Shown here piece by piece: positions 17,757 to 30,422 of a stretch of DNA of 64,000 nt. The translations under genes were made by a program, and so were the position numbers. The DNA is taken from contig PWKN01000072.1 of assembly GCA_003559735.1 (NCBI GenBank), positions 18,382 to 82,381 of the forward strand. Reading direction: 5' to 3'. Each line of letters opens with the position of its first letter. The stretch's first letter is position 1. Under the pieces are notes generated by a model. It was not told the origin of the DNA. It worked only from the letters and a program-made list of their open reading frames with translations, and did not search any database. Origin of the DNA: Bacteroidales bacterium. Lineage in GTDB: Bacteria > Bacteroidota > Bacteroidia > Bacteroidales > UBA7960.

Positions 17757-18839
17757 ATGCAACAAACCAACGCCACCCTGCTCCTTCGCAACGGACAATC
17801 ATTCGATGGAGGTTCATTCGGTTACCCGCACTCCGCCGCCGGCGAAGTGGTGTTCAATACCGCCATGACAGCATACCCGGAAAGCCTGACCGATCCCTCC
17901 TACAAGGGACAGATCCTGACGGCAACCTATCCTTTGATAGGGAACTACGGGATCCCAAAATCAGCCATCAAAAACGGCTTGCCAACCGGATTCGAGTCTG
18001 CCGGCATCCACATCGCCGGATTGCTGATCACTGATTATTCGGCCGTGTACAGCCACTGGAATGCAATTGAAAGTCTGGGCAGCTGGCTGAACAGGCACAG
18101 GATACCTGCCCTTTATGGCATCGATACACGGGCGGTAACCCGGGTATTGCGCGAACATGGGTGCATGCCCGGCAAGATCATTATAAACAACACGGAGCCA
18201 GAGTGGGAAGATCCAGCAGCAACATGCCTTGTGCGAGAGGTAAGCACCACAGAGGTGATCACATATGGCGACGGACGATACCGGATCCTGCTCGTCGACT
18301 GTGGCGTGAAGTTCAACATCATCCGCAGCCTGCTGCAATATGACACGCAGGTGGTTCGTGTTCCCTGGGATTATGATTATTCGGCCGACGAGTATGACGG
18401 ACTGTTCATCTCAAACGGTCCGGGCAACCCGGCATTATGCACAACGCCCATAGCACACCTGGAAAAAGCATTACAGGGCAGCACGCCCATCTTTGGCATA
18501 TGCCTGGGCAGCCAGCTTCTTGCCCTTGCTGCCGGGGCAAAGACTTACAAACTGAAATACGGTCACCGCAGCCACAACCAGCCTGTCATATGCCACGAGA
18601 ACAACCGCTGTTTCATTACTTCACAAAACCATGGCTATGCAGTCGATTTTAACAGCCTGAACAATGAATGGACAGTGTATTTCTCCAATCTGAATGATCA
18701 TAGTTGTGAAGGGATCAAACACCGGTCAAAGCCATTCTTTGCCACACAGTTCCATCCGGAAGCATCTGGCGGACCGACAGATACGGCATTCCTTTTTGAC
18801 CATTTCATCCAGGAAGTTGCCAGGTACAAAAACAAATAG
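17757..18839 (+). CDS. carA: carbamoyl-phosphate synthase small (glutaminase) subunit
   Basis: 360 aa with a class I amidotransferase triad context (GICLGSQLL ... FHPE). Confidence 0.95.
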   Translation: MQQTNATLLLRNGQSFDGGSFGYPHSAAGEVVFNTAMTAYPESLTDPSYKGQILTATYPLIGNYGIPKSAIKNGLPTGFESAGIHIAGLLITDYSAVYSHWNAIESLGSWLNRHRIPALYGIDTRAVTRVLREHGCMPGKIIINNTEPEWEDPAATCLVREVSTTEVITYGDGRYRILLVDCGVKFNIIRSLLQYDTQVVRVPWDYDYSADEYDGLFISNGPGNPALCTTPIAHLEKALQGSTPIFGICLGSQLLALAAGAKTYKLKYGHRSHNQPVICHENNRCFITSQNHGYAVDFNSLNNEWTVYFSNLNDHSCEGIKHRSKPFFATQFHPEASGGPTDTAFLFDHFIQEVARYKNK

Positions 18840-18862
18840 TCATTAATAAAACAGCAGAAAAG

Positions 18863-21800
18863 ATGTCATTACAGTCTGGTATTGAAAAGATCCTCGTATT
18901 GGGCTCAGGTGCGTTAAAGATCGGGGAAGCGGGGGAATTTGACTATTCCGGGTCGCAGGCACTGAAGGCCCTCAGGGAAGAAGGAATACAAACTGTGCTG
19001 ATCAATCCGAATATCGCCACGGTACAAACGTCGGAAGGGATTGCCGATACGGTTTATTTTTTGCCCGTCACCCCGGCTTTTGTAGAGGAGGTGATCAGGA
19101 AGGAGAAACCACAGGGGATCATGCTCGCCTTTGGCGGACAAACAGCCCTGAACTGTGGTGTTGAACTGTACGGATCAGGTGTCCTGGAAAGAGAGCAGGT
19201 TCAGGTGCTGGGCACACCGGTTGAAGCCATCCGGGCAACCGAAGACAGGGACCTGTTTGTCAGGAAGCTGAAGGAGATCGATGTAAAAACTGCGCGCAGC
19301 CAGGCCGTATCGTCAGTCAGTGAAGCACTGGCATCGGCTTCTGAGATAGGCTACCCGGTCATTGTCAGGGCGGCATATGCACTGGGTGGTCTCGGCAGCG
19401 GGTTCGCGACCAACGACAAAGAACTGGAAGCACTGTGCGATCATGCTTTTGCATATTCTTCACAGGCCCTGATTGAAGAATCACTCAAAGGGTGGAAAGA
19501 GATTGAATATGAAGTGGTGCGCGACCAATACGACAACTGCATCACAGTGTGCAACATGGAAAATGTTGACCCACTGGGAATTCATACCGGTGAGAGCATT
19601 GTTGTGGCCCCTTCACAAACGTTGTCCAATGATGAATACCATTTTCTCCGTCAGCTGGCCATAAAGATCATCCGCCACATTGGGGTTATCGGCGAATGCA
19701 ATGTGCAATATGCCCTTGATCCCAAATCGCTCGACTACCGGGTAATTGAGGTAAATGCCAGGTTGTCGCGAAGCAGTGCACTGGCATCCAAGGCCACCGG
19801 ATATCCATTGGCCTTCATTGCTGCGAAGCTCGGACTGGGTTACGGTTTGCACGAATTAAAAAATACCGTCACAAAGTCCACCACCGCTTTTTTTGAGCCT
19901 TCGCTCGATTATGTCGTATGCAAGATCCCCAGGTGGGATATGGGAAAATTCAGCGGGGTATCGAAAGAGATTGGGAGCAGCATGAAGAGTGTGGGAGAGG
20001 TTATGGCGATTGGCCGTACGTTTGAGGAGGCAATTCAAAAAGGGATACGGATGATCGGACAGGGAATGCATGGATTTGTCGGGAACAACGACCTGCATTT
20101 TGATGATGTGGAGGCGGCATTGTGCAACCCTACCGATATGCGCTTATATGCCATCCAGAAAGCCATGGAAAAGGGGTACGGCATTGACAGCATACACCGG
20201 CTTACTATGATTGATACCTGGTTCCTGGAGAAACTATGGAACATATTCCAGATAAAGACTTTGCTGAGCAAACACCACAACCTCGAAGGTATTTCTGAGA
20301 CCCTGCTGAAAGAGGCCAAGCTGAGGGGATTCTCAGACTTCCAGATTGTCCGCCTGGTACTTCAAAGCGAAGGCGGGGAGATAGAAGAGAATATGCGTAA
20401 ACTACGAAAGATCAGGCAGTCGAAAGGGATCATTCCCTATGTAAAACAGATCGATACCCTGGCTGCAGAGTATCCGGCGCACACCAACTACCTGTACCTG
20501 AGCTATGCGGCCTCTGAACACGATGTTGAAATGGTTAACGACAATAATGCGGTGGTTGTATTGGGATCAGGAGCCTACAGGATTGGAAGCAGCGTCGAGT
20601 TTGACTGGTGTGGGGTGAATTCCTTGCAAACCATTGCACAGGAAGGTCTGCGTTCCATCATGATCAACTACAACCCCGAAACAGTAAGCACCGATTACGA
20701 TGTGTGTCACCGTTTGTATTTCGACGAACTGTCGCTTGAACGCGTTCTCGACATTATTGAACTGGAAAAACCTAAAGGCACAGTGGTGTCGACCGGCGGA
20801 CAGATACCGAATAATCTGGCCATGCGTCTGCACAGGCATGGAGTACCCATCCTGGGAACCTCTCCCCTGTCGATTGACCGTGCAGAAAACCGCCACAAGT
20901 TCTCGGCCATGCTCGACAGTCTGGGAATTGACCAGCCACGCTGGAAAGAGCTTACCAGCATCAAGGATATCGAAACGTTTACAGATGCTGTTGGGTTTCC
21001 GGTACTCATCAGGCCTTCGTATGTGCTGTCAGGAGCCGCGATGAATGTGGTTTCCAATAAGGAGGAGCTGGTTCACTTCCTGACCCTCGCCACCAGGGTG
21101 TCGAAACAATACCCTGTGGTTGTGTCTGAATTCATTGAGGAGGCAAAAGAGATCGAGATCGATGCAGTGGCCAGGCAGGGAGAAGTGGTTGCCTATGCAC
21201 TGTCAGAGCATATAGAATTTGCAGGCGTGCATTCAGGCGATGCCACCATGGTGCTCCCCCCCCAGAAACTTTATTTTGAAACCATAAGGCGCATCAAAAA
21301 GATCAGCAAGGCAATCGCACGTGAACTCAACATTACAGGACCTTTCAACATGCAGTTGCTGGCAAGGGACAACCAGGTGAAGGTGATTGAATGCAATTTG
21401 CGTGCTTCAAGGAGTTTCCCCTTTGTGTCGAAAGTGCTGCATTATAACTTCATTGAACTGGCAACCAGGGTTATGCTGGGAAAAGAAGTTGAAAAGCCCG
21501 CCCCTTCGATGTTTGAGATCGAACATATTGGCATCAAAGCCCCGCAATTCAGTTTTTCACGGCTGGCAAAAGCAGACCCGGTACTGGGGGTGGAAATGGC
21601 ATCGACCGGTGAAGTGGGTTGCCTGGGCGACTCTTACTATGAGGCGGTCCTGAAAGCCATGTTGTCGGTCGGATATAAGATACCCAAAAAGAACATTCTG
21701 CTCAGTACCGGACCGATGCGGTCAAAAGTGGAACTGATCAATGCATGCAAAATGCTGACAGAGAAAAAATACCAGTTGTTTGCCACCCGGGGCACGGCCA

Positions 21801-22096
21801 ACTTTCTTGAACTGAACGGAATCGCTGCCACACCGCTTCACTGGCCTGATGAACAAGCCAAACCCAATGTGCTCGATTACCTCAGATCAAACCTCATTGA
21901 TCTGGTGATCAACATTCCAAAAGACCATACGAGAAACGAGTTGTATAACGATTATACCATTCGGCGAAATGCCATCGACTTCAACATACCGCTGATCACC
22001 AACGCCAGGCTCGCAAGTGCGTTTATCTATGCTTTCTGCAGACTTCAGTTCCACGACCTGCAGGTCAAAAGCTGGGATGCCTACAGGATGAAATGA
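18863..22096 (+). CDS. carB: carbamoyl-phosphate synthase large subunit
   Basis: 1077 aa with duplicated ATP-grasp halves and a C-terminal MGS-like domain. Confidence 0.95.
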   Translation: MSLQSGIEKILVLGSGALKIGEAGEFDYSGSQALKALREEGIQTVLINPNIATVQTSEGIADTVYFLPVTPAFVEEVIRKEKPQGIMLAFGGQTALNCGVELYGSGVLEREQVQVLGTPVEAIRATEDRDLFVRKLKEIDVKTARSQAVSSVSEALASASEIGYPVIVRAAYALGGLGSGFATNDKELEALCDHAFAYSSQALIEESLKGWKEIEYEVVRDQYDNCITVCNMENVDPLGIHTGESIVVAPSQTLSNDEYHFLRQLAIKIIRHIGVIGECNVQYALDPKSLDYRVIEVNARLSRSSALASKATGYPLAFIAAKLGLGYGLHELKNTVTKSTTAFFEPSLDYVVCKIPRWDMGKFSGVSKEIGSSMKSVGEVMAIGRTFEEAIQKGIRMIGQGMHGFVGNNDLHFDDVEAALCNPTDMRLYAIQKAMEKGYGIDSIHRLTMIDTWFLEKLWNIFQIKTLLSKHHNLEGISETLLKEAKLRGFSDFQIVRLVLQSEGGEIEENMRKLRKIRQSKGIIPYVKQIDTLAAEYPAHTNYLYLSYAASEHDVEMVNDNNAVVVLGSGAYRIGSSVEFDWCGVNSLQTIAQEGLRSIMINYNPETVSTDYDVCHRLYFDELSLERVLDIIELEKPKGTVVSTGGQIPNNLAMRLHRHGVPILGTSPLSIDRAENRHKFSAMLDSLGIDQPRWKELTSIKDIETFTDAVGFPVLIRPSYVLSGAAMNVVSNKEELVHFLTLATRVSKQYPVVVSEFIEEAKEIEIDAVARQGEVVAYALSEHIEFAGVHSGDATMVLPPQKLYFETIRRIKKISKAIARELNITGPFNMQLLARDNQVKVIECNLRASRSFPFVSKVLHYNFIELATRVMLGKEVEKPAPSMFEIEHIGIKAPQFSFSRLAKADPVLGVEMASTGEVGCLGDSYYEAVLKAMLSVGYKIPKKNILLSTGPMRSKVELINACKMLTEKKYQLFATRGTANFLELNGIAATPLHWPDEQAKPNVLDYLRSNLIDLVINIPKDHTRNELYNDYTIRRNAIDFNIPLITNARLASAFIYAFCRLQFHDLQVKSWDAYRMK

Positions 22097-22215
22097 TCAG
22101 AACCCGCTCATATTGTCCATTGAGACGGCTTGACATGACGTTGCTGAGGCAGTGAACAGTTTGCCAAAACACACAAAATAATTTCAAAATGTTTTTATAA
22201 ATCAAAAATACTTTG

Positions 22216-22223
22216 TACTTTTG
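22216..22223 (+). promoter_or_regulatory. candidate -7 box TACTTTTG for rpsO
   Basis: TAnnTTTG match 50 nt upstream of the ATG at 22273. Confidence 0.5.
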
Positions 22224-22272
22224 CAGGCCTGTAAAACTGTTAAATCAAAGGAAAGTAAACAACCTGAAAAAA

Positions 22273-22542
22273 ATGTACTTAAGTCCAGAGATAAAAAAGA
22301 AAATTTTCAAGGAGCATGGTGGCAGTGACACGGATACCGGCTCACCCGAAAGCCAGGTCGCCCTGTTCACACACCGCATCAGTCATTTGACCAATCACCT
22401 GAAAAGCAACAAAAAAGACCTGAACACGCGGCGTTCATTGGTTTTGTTGGTAAGTAAGCGCAGAAAGCTTTTGAACTATCTGAAAGAAAATGATATTGAG
22501 CGCTACCGGGCAATCATCAAGAAGCTTAACCTGAGAAAATAA
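22273..22542 (+). CDS. rpsO: 30S ribosomal protein S15
   Basis: MYLSPEIKKKIFKEHGGSDTDTGSPESQVALFTHRISHLTNHLKSNKKDLNTRRSL... The track ORF starts at an upstream TTG (22213). Confidence 0.95.
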   Translation: MYLSPEIKKKIFKEHGGSDTDTGSPESQVALFTHRISHLTNHLKSNKKDLNTRRSLVLLVSKRRKLLNYLKENDIERYRAIIKKLNLRK

Positions 22543-22555
22543 AGGAAACTTGCAG

Positions 22556-22591
22556 AAAACAGGCAATTATTCAGTAATTGCCTGTTTTTTT
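22556..22591 (+). terminator. rho-independent terminator / rpsO-pnp intercistronic hairpin
   Basis: AACAGGCAATTA-ttcag-TAATTGCCTGTT is a perfect 11-12 bp stem followed by TTTTTTT. Confidence 0.8.
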
Positions 22592-22639
22592 ATCTAAACA
22601 TATAAATGCATTATATATTAAAAGACGAAACAGAAGAAG

Positions 22640-24787
22640 ATGAGTAAAGCAACAGGAATTCAGAAGAAAATCGACTTGGGTGATGGAAAAGTCATCACCA
22701 TTGAAACCGGTAAGCTGGCAAAGCAAGCCGATGGTTCTGTGGTAGTGCGCATGGGTGATACCATGTTGCTTGCCACTGTAGTGGCCAAATCAGAGATAAA
22801 GGAGGGGCAGTCTTTTTTACCCCTTTCGGTTGATTACCAGGAAAAGTACGCGGCTGCAGGCCGGTTTCCCGGGGGATTTTTCAAGCGCGAAGCCCGTCCG
22901 TCGGAACATGAAATATTGATATCCCGACTGGTAGACAGGGCATTGCGTCCGATGTTCCCCGACTATTACCAGGCAGAGACACAGGTTTTGATATCACTGA
23001 TATCGGCGGGGAAAGACACATTGCCCGATGCGCTCGCCGGACTTGCTGCTTCGGCAGCGATCTGCGTTTCGGACATTCCTTTCAACGGACCTATATCTGA
23101 AGTGAGGGTAGCCCGTATTGACAACGAGTACGTCATCAACCCGGGAATAACAGAGCTGGAATCGGCCGATATTGACCTGATTGTAGCCGGAACCCTTGAC
23201 AACATCGTGATGGTGGAAGGGGAAATGAAGGAAGTGTCGGAGGCAGAACTGCTCGACGGGATCAGGAAAGCACACGAAGTGATAAAAATTCAATGCCAGA
23301 CCCAGCTCGACCTGGCCAGTGAAGTTGAAAAATCAAAAACAAAAAGGGAATACCCGGCACCGCCCGCCGACGAGGGACTGCTCGAAGACATGAACAAGGC
23401 TCTGTATCAGAAATTATATGACATAACCGGCCAGTTCATTAAAGACAAGCATCTGAGAAGGGATACATATGACCAGGTGCTGTCAGGGTACCTTGAGGGC
23501 ATCCCTGAAGAAGAGCTGGAAGAAAAAGGAGAACTGGCAAAAAAATATTTTGGTGACATCCAGAAAAAGGCCATCCGTGATTTTGTGCTGGACAAAAAAG
23601 TTCGCCTTGACGGACGTAAGCCTGGAGAGATACGTGACATATGGACAGAAGTTGATTATTTGCCTGCTGCACATGGTTCGGCCATATTTACCCGCGGGGA
23701 AACACAATCGCTGACGACAGTGACCCTGGGGACCAAGCTCGATGAACAAACCATTGACGGGGCTGTTATTGAGGGGAAAAACAAGTTTTTGCTCCATTAC
23801 AACTTTCCCCCGTTCTCAACCGGTGAGGTAAAGATGATGCGTTTCACAAGCCGCCGGGAAATTGGTCACGGGAACCTGGCCATGCGCGCACTCAAACCGG
23901 TATTGCCCAACGGGAATGACAACCCCTACACCATCCGTGTGGTCTCTGATATACTTGAATCGAACGGTTCATCATCAATGGCTACAGTATGTGCCGGAAC
24001 GATGGCTCTGATGGATGCGGGTGTGAAAATCTCAAAACCGGTATCGGGTATCGCCATGGGCATGATCGCTGAAACGGAAACAAAAAGGTATGCGATTTTA
24101 TCCGACATCCTGGGCGACGAAGACCACCTGGGCGATATGGACTTTAAGGTAACCGGAACCAGGGATGGCATCACAGCCTGCCAGATGGATATCAAAATTG
24201 ACGGTTTGCCATACGAAACCCTTGAAGAGGCGCTTTCACAAGCACGTGAAGGCCGCATCCACATCCTTGATGAAATGGAAAAAACCATTTCGGCACCAAG
24301 GGAAGATTATAAACCGCATGTACCACGTATCATAAAACTCACCGTCCCGAAAGAATTCATTGGAGCGATCATTGGTCCGGGCGGAAAAGTGGTTCAGGAG
24401 CTGCAGAAAGAAAGCGGAGCGACCATCGTGATTGAAGAAGTGGGCGAATATGGTGTTGTGGATATTGTTTCTGAAAACAAGGATTCCATCGACATCGTTG
24501 TAGACCGGATCAAAGGCATCATTGCCGTCCCGGAAATCGGACAGGTTTATGAGGGTAAGGTAAAAAGTGTCGTTTCGTTTGGTATGTTCGTTGAAATATT
24601 GCCTGGAAAAGAGGGTTTGCTGCACATCAGTGAAATAGAATGGAGAAGGCTGGAAAAAGTTGAAGACAGTGGTTTTAAGGTAGGTGACGACATTGAAGTG
24701 AAGCTGCTCGATGTGGATAAAAAAACGGGCAAACTGAAACTGTCACGCAAAGCATTGCTTCCCAGGGATCAGAAACCCCAAAGATAA
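22640..24787 (+). CDS. pnp: polyribonucleotide nucleotidyltransferase (PNPase)
   Basis: 715 aa with two RNase PH domains plus KH and S1 domains ([32 protein letters not shown]). Confidence 0.95.
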   Translation: MSKATGIQKKIDLGDGKVITIETGKLAKQADGSVVVRMGDTMLLATVVAKSEIKEGQSFLPLSVDYQEKYAAAGRFPGGFFKREARPSEHEILISRLVDRALRPMFPDYYQAETQVLISLISAGKDTLPDALAGLAASAAICVSDIPFNGPISEVRVARIDNEYVINPGITELESADIDLIVAGTLDNIVMVEGEMKEVSEAELLDGIRKAHEVIKIQCQTQLDLASEVEKSKTKREYPAPPADEGLLEDMNKALYQKLYDITGQFIKDKHLRRDTYDQVLSGYLEGIPEEELEEKGELAKKYFGDIQKKAIRDFVLDKKVRLDGRKPGEIRDIWTEVDYLPAAHGSAIFTRGETQSLTTVTLGTKLDEQTIDGAVIEGKNKFLLHYNFPPFSTGEVKMMRFTSRREIGHGNLAMRALKPVLPNGNDNPYTIRVVSDILESNGSSSMATVCAGTMALMDAGVKISKPVSGIAMGMIAETETKRYAILSDILGDEDHLGDMDFKVTGTRDGITACQMDIKIDGLPYETLEEALSQAREGRIHILDEMEKTISAPREDYKPHVPRIIKLTVPKEFIGAIIGPGGKVVQELQKESGATIVIEEVGEYGVVDIVSENKDSIDIVVDRIKGIIAVPEIGQVYEGKVKSVVSFGMFVEILPGKEGLLHISEIEWRRLEKVEDSGFKVGDDIEVKLLDVDKKTGKLKLSRKALLPRDQKPQR

Positions 24788-24816
24788 ACCACCGGGGTGC
24801 GGGAATACAGTATGAC

Positions 24817-24848
24817 AGCAGGAGACCTGCTTTTGCGTATGTTTTTTT
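24817..24848 (+). terminator. possible weak terminator after pnp
   Basis: AGCAGG-aga-CCTGCT (6 bp) followed by a T-rich tract, TTTGCGTATGTTTTTTT. Confidence 0.4.
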
Positions 24849-24878
24849 GCTAATTTTCACCCTTAAAACGGTATATCT

Positions 24879-25745
24879 ATGAGACAGCTGAAGATAGTCA
24901 AACAGGTAACCAACAGGGATACTGCATCGCTGGACAAGTATTTGCAGGAAATCGCAAAAGTGGGACTTATTTCTGCGGAAGAAGAGGTCAGACTGGCACA
25001 ACGCATTAAGAAAGGGGACAAAGATGCGCTTGAAAAGTTGTGCAAAGCCAATCTGCGTTTTGTTGTATCTGTATCAAAGCAGTATCAGAACCAGGGACTT
25101 AGTCTGCCCGATCTGATCAATGAAGGAAACCTCGGACTGATGAAGGCAGCCGAACGGTTTGATGAGACAAAAGGATTCAAGTTCATCTCCTATGCCGTAT
25201 GGTGGATAAGGCAATCAATCCTGCAGGCATTGGCTGAGCAGGCACGCATTGTGCGACTTCCACTGAACAAGATAGGCACCATCAACAAAGTGAACAAAGC
25301 GTTCAGCCAATTGGAGCAAAAGTATGAAAGGGAACCCAATGCTGATGAGATAGCTGACTTGCTCGACATTACCGTTGATGAAGTGAAAGATGCACTGAAA
25401 AACAGTGGCCGGCACCTGTCAATGGATGCACCCATACTGGACGGAGAGGAGTCTGACATGTATGAGGTGATCTATAACGAAGACGACACCAACACCCCTG
25501 AAAACAGCTTACTCTACGACTCACTGAAAAACGAGATTGAACGGACCATTGCCACACTGCCCACCAGGGAGGCGGAGGTAATAGTACACTATTTCGGACT
25601 CAATGGGTTTCAACCCCATACACTGGAAGAGATCGGTGAAAAACTCAGCCTTACAAGGGAAAGGGCCAGGCAAATCAAAGAACGGGGATTGCGTCACCTG
25701 AAACATGCTTCGAAGTGCAGAATATTGAAAACATACCTTGGTTGA
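24879..25745 (+). CDS. rpoD: RNA polymerase sigma factor, RpoD/SigA type (copy 1)
   Basis: 288 aa with regions 1.2-2.4 ([38 protein letters not shown]...[10 protein letters not shown]), region 3 and region 4.2 ([19 protein letters not shown]). This is the short Bacteroidota primary-sigma architecture. Confidence 0.9.
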   Translation: MRQLKIVKQVTNRDTASLDKYLQEIAKVGLISAEEEVRLAQRIKKGDKDALEKLCKANLRFVVSVSKQYQNQGLSLPDLINEGNLGLMKAAERFDETKGFKFISYAVWWIRQSILQALAEQARIVRLPLNKIGTINKVNKAFSQLEQKYEREPNADEIADLLDITVDEVKDALKNSGRHLSMDAPILDGEESDMYEVIYNEDDTNTPENSLLYDSLKNEIERTIATLPTREAEVIVHYFGLNGFQPHTLEEIGEKLSLTRERARQIKERGLRHLKHASKCRILKTYLG

Positions 25746-25779
25746 ATCTTTTACAAAAAACCATTTTCAGCAAGTCATC

Positions 25780-26442
25780 ATGAACCATTTAATCGCACCT
25801 TCGCTCCTGGCTGCAAACTTTCTTAACCTGCAACAGGATATTGGAACGGTAAACCAGAGTGAGGCAGACCTTTTTCATGTGGATGTGATGGACGGACATT
25901 TTGTTCCCAATATAACGTTCGGGTTTTTCATCATTGAGCAAATAAAATCGATTGCCAGGAAGCCCCTTGATGTGCACCTGATGATCAGCAATCCAGACAA
26001 ATACCTTGAAGATTTCAAAAATGCCGGAGCCGACTGGCTCAGTGTGCACTATGAAACCTGTCCGCATCTTCACCGCAGCATTGACCGGATAAAACAACTG
26101 GGAATGAAAGCAGGGGTTGTACTCAATCCACACAACAATGTGGAGTTGCTGAGAGACATTCTGCCGGATACTGATTTTGTGCTGCTCATGTCTGTCAATC
26201 CCGGATATGGCGGTCAGCATTTCATTGACAGCACCTACGAACGCATCCGGAAACTCCACCAGATGAAAGAAGAGACAAACCCTGATTTGCTCATTGAAGT
26301 AGATGGAGGTGTGGATACACACAATGCCGCCAAACTTGTAGGGTCCGGGGTCAATGTACTGGTAGCCGGAAGCACTGTATTCCGGTCAGACAACCCGTTA
26401 CAAACCATTTCCGAATTGAAGCATCTTTCTCCGGCCAACTGA
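25780..26442 (+). CDS. rpe: ribulose-phosphate 3-epimerase
   Basis: MNHLIAPSLLAANFLNL...HVDVMDGHFVPN...MSVNPGYGGQ. The track ORF starts at an upstream TTG that overlaps the rpoD stop. Confidence 0.9.
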   Translation: MNHLIAPSLLAANFLNLQQDIGTVNQSEADLFHVDVMDGHFVPNITFGFFIIEQIKSIARKPLDVHLMISNPDKYLEDFKNAGADWLSVHYETCPHLHRSIDRIKQLGMKAGVVLNPHNNVELLRDILPDTDFVLLMSVNPGYGGQHFIDSTYERIRKLHQMKEETNPDLLIEVDGGVDTHNAAKLVGSGVNVLVAGSTVFRSDNPLQTISELKHLSPAN

Positions 26443-26533
26443 TCACTCTGCTTATCCGACAGATTTTCCCGGGAAAAAGCCGCCGATATAGTATCCAGTC
26501 AGGTACAATTCCCTGCCTGCTTTTCGAGCCGCA

Positions 26534-27757
26534 TCAGGAATAATCCCGGTCTGGCCAGGTGTTGTTGAGCGCCGACTTCCAGACATTTTGTTTGCCTGTA
26601 TAGAAAAGAACGATGGAGATGCATACCAGCAACAACCCGACAACGACAAAACTGTGATAGAGTCCGAAAACCAACACCAATGGTTGCAGCAATACAGGTG
26701 ACATGAACATGCCCAGAAAAATGAACAGGTTCAGGTAACCCACAAGGGTTCCCCTGATCATTGAGGGCGCCAGCTGCACCAGCCAGAGATTCACATTGGC
26801 CATCTGCATCCCAAAACCTGTCCCGCAAACAAGGATCCCAGCCACCATCATACCATATGAAGTGCTTAATCCAATGATGACATATCCCGCCGCCACCAGT
26901 ATGTATACCAGTCCCATGATGAAGGGAAAATCGAGCCTTTTTTTCACACGGGAATAATTGAATGCTGTAGCCATAGCAGTAATGTTCATGCAGGCAATGG
27001 CAACACCCACCTGCGTACTGGTTACCCCCTCTATTGCACTGAGCATAAAAGGCATTTGAACGGGGATCATATAAAAAACAGCAAACGAAAAAAAAGCAAT
27101 CAGGTATACCCACCATACCTGCAACGGGATCATTTTGATCAGGGTTCGGCTTATAAGGCGCACTCCGCCGGCTGGTTTGATCCGTTCAGGTTCATACACA
27201 GAAACCAGGGCCATAACAAAAATTACCAGCGAAAAGGTATATATCAGGAATGGGAACCGCCAGTGCAAACCAGCCAGATAACCCCCCACAGTAATAAAAA
27301 CCAATCCGCCGGTCGAGGCAAATGCAGCCTGGTACCCCATGAAGGTACTGCGTTTACGTCCTTCAAAATAATCGCCGATAAGGGTTATGACAGATGTCAT
27401 CAGTGCACCGACAGCCATCCCAAGCAGAGCCCTGCCGGCAAGGATCAGATAAATATTTGAGAGGTAAGCGCCAGTGGTGCCTGCTGCTGCATACAACAAT
27501 AAAGAGAACAACAGCACGCTGCGCCTTCCCGACCAGTCGACAAAATAACCAGCCACCGGTGCAAGCAACGCAATAAACAAGGCCGGCAGGGTGAGAATGA
27601 GCTTGCTCAACAATTCAGCGTCGGGCAAATGGCTGAATGCGCGACTGATCTCCGGTAAAGCGGGAGATATGATGGCACCGGCCATCACTGTAAGTGTGCT
27701 GCCAAGCAACAAAGATGCGCGCCTTAAACCTTCATAACCGACCATGGTGTTCATCAT
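26534..27757 (-). CDS. MFS transporter
   Basis: 407 aa with about 12 hydrophobic segments and an MFS loop motif (DWSGRRSVLL). Confidence 0.8.
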   Translation of the reverse strand: MMNTMVGYEGLRRASLLLGSTLTVMAGAIISPALPEISRAFSHLPDAELLSKLILTLPALFIALLAPVAGYFVDWSGRRSVLLFSLLLYAAAGTTGAYLSNIYLILAGRALLGMAVGALMTSVITLIGDYFEGRKRSTFMGYQAAFASTGGLVFITVGGYLAGLHWRFPFLIYTFSLVIFVMALVSVYEPERIKPAGGVRLISRTLIKMIPLQVWWVYLIAFFSFAVFYMIPVQMPFMLSAIEGVTSTQVGVAIACMNITAMATAFNYSRVKKRLDFPFIMGLVYILVAAGYVIIGLSTSYGMMVAGILVCGTGFGMQMANVNLWLVQLAPSMIRGTLVGYLNLFIFLGMFMSPVLLQPLVLVFGLYHSFVVVGLLLVCISIVLFYTGKQNVWKSALNNTWPDRDYS

Positions 27758-27806
27758 AACAGACCCCGGACAATAAAACAGTACGTCAAAAAAAAGAACC
27801 GGCCAA

Positions 27807-27814
27807 CAAAGGTA
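27807..27814 (-). promoter_or_regulatory. candidate -7 box (TACCTTTG on minus strand) for the MFS gene
   Basis: The plus strand reads CAAAGGTA 50 nt upstream of the ATG at 27757. Confidence 0.45.
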
Positions 27815-28010
27815 TTTCTTTTTGTGGATCAGTGCTTTGCTGGTTTAACATTTTTTGTTTAATCTTTTTTATTTTTTATTAAACATTTTTGCAGTTTATT
27901 TGTCTCTTATTATAGCAGGCATCAAAACATCAGATATGAATTTTCACAATATGATTGAACAAAAACAAAAAGCCTCTTGTTTAGAAATATTCAATATTAA
28001 AAACAACAGA

Positions 28011-28325
28011 ATGTCAAACCATAAAAAAAACGACGTCATGAAACATTTAGGAATTGCACTATTCATTCTTTTTGCCCTGGGCACCGGTAGCAGTCTTGCG
28101 AGCAACAACAGCGGACTCTTATATTTTGAAACCATCAGTGGTGAAGTCCTGGAAATGGAGTTCAAGCAGGAACAAGAATACATCTATGACATTCCCGCAA
28201 CCATCCTGCCGGAGATTCCAGCTGTACAATCCGACCCAAACAACCACCAGTTTTTCAAAACCCTCATCGAAGGAATTCAAAAACCTGAAAAAGAGGATCC
28301 GTTGCCCCTGTATGTTTGGTGTTGA
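28011..28325 (+). CDS. hypothetical small secreted protein
   Basis: About 104 aa from the ATG at 28011 (MSNHKKNDVMKHLGIALFILFALGTGSSLA signal-like N-terminus). I recognise no family. It is followed by a strong terminator and sits in an AT-rich patch. Confidence 0.4.
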   Translation: MSNHKKNDVMKHLGIALFILFALGTGSSLASNNSGLLYFETISGEVLEMEFKQEQEYIYDIPATILPEIPAVQSDPNNHQFFKTLIEGIQKPEKEDPLPLYVWC

Positions 28326-28352
28326 TGTACAAGCTGAACCAGCCAGATACAG

Positions 28353-28389
28353 AAAGCGCAGGCACCCTAAGTCCTGCGCTTTTTTTTTG
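28353..28389 (+). terminator. rho-independent terminator
   Basis: AAAGCGCAGG-caccctaagt-CCTGCGCTTT followed by TTTTTTTT. Confidence 0.8.
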
Positions 28390-28452
28390 TTCATCTCATT
28401 CCATATATTTCTTGTATATTCGCTACCAGAAGTTGGACAACCATTGTTTGGG

Positions 28453-30392
<1,940 letters not shown>

Positions 30393-30394
30393 AT

Positions 30395-30402
30395 TATCTT
30401 TG
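30395..30402 (+). promoter_or_regulatory. candidate -7 box TATCTTTG for yidC
   Basis: TAnnTTTG match 21 nt upstream of the ATG at 30423. Confidence 0.5.
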
Positions 30403-30422
30403 CATGTGAAAAAAAACACCAG

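Noticed and set aside
26464-26477. Palindrome TTTTCCCGGGAAAA between the convergent rpe and MFS genes as a bidirectional terminator
   Set aside because: The stem has no real loop and only a 3-bp GC core, which is too weak to call.
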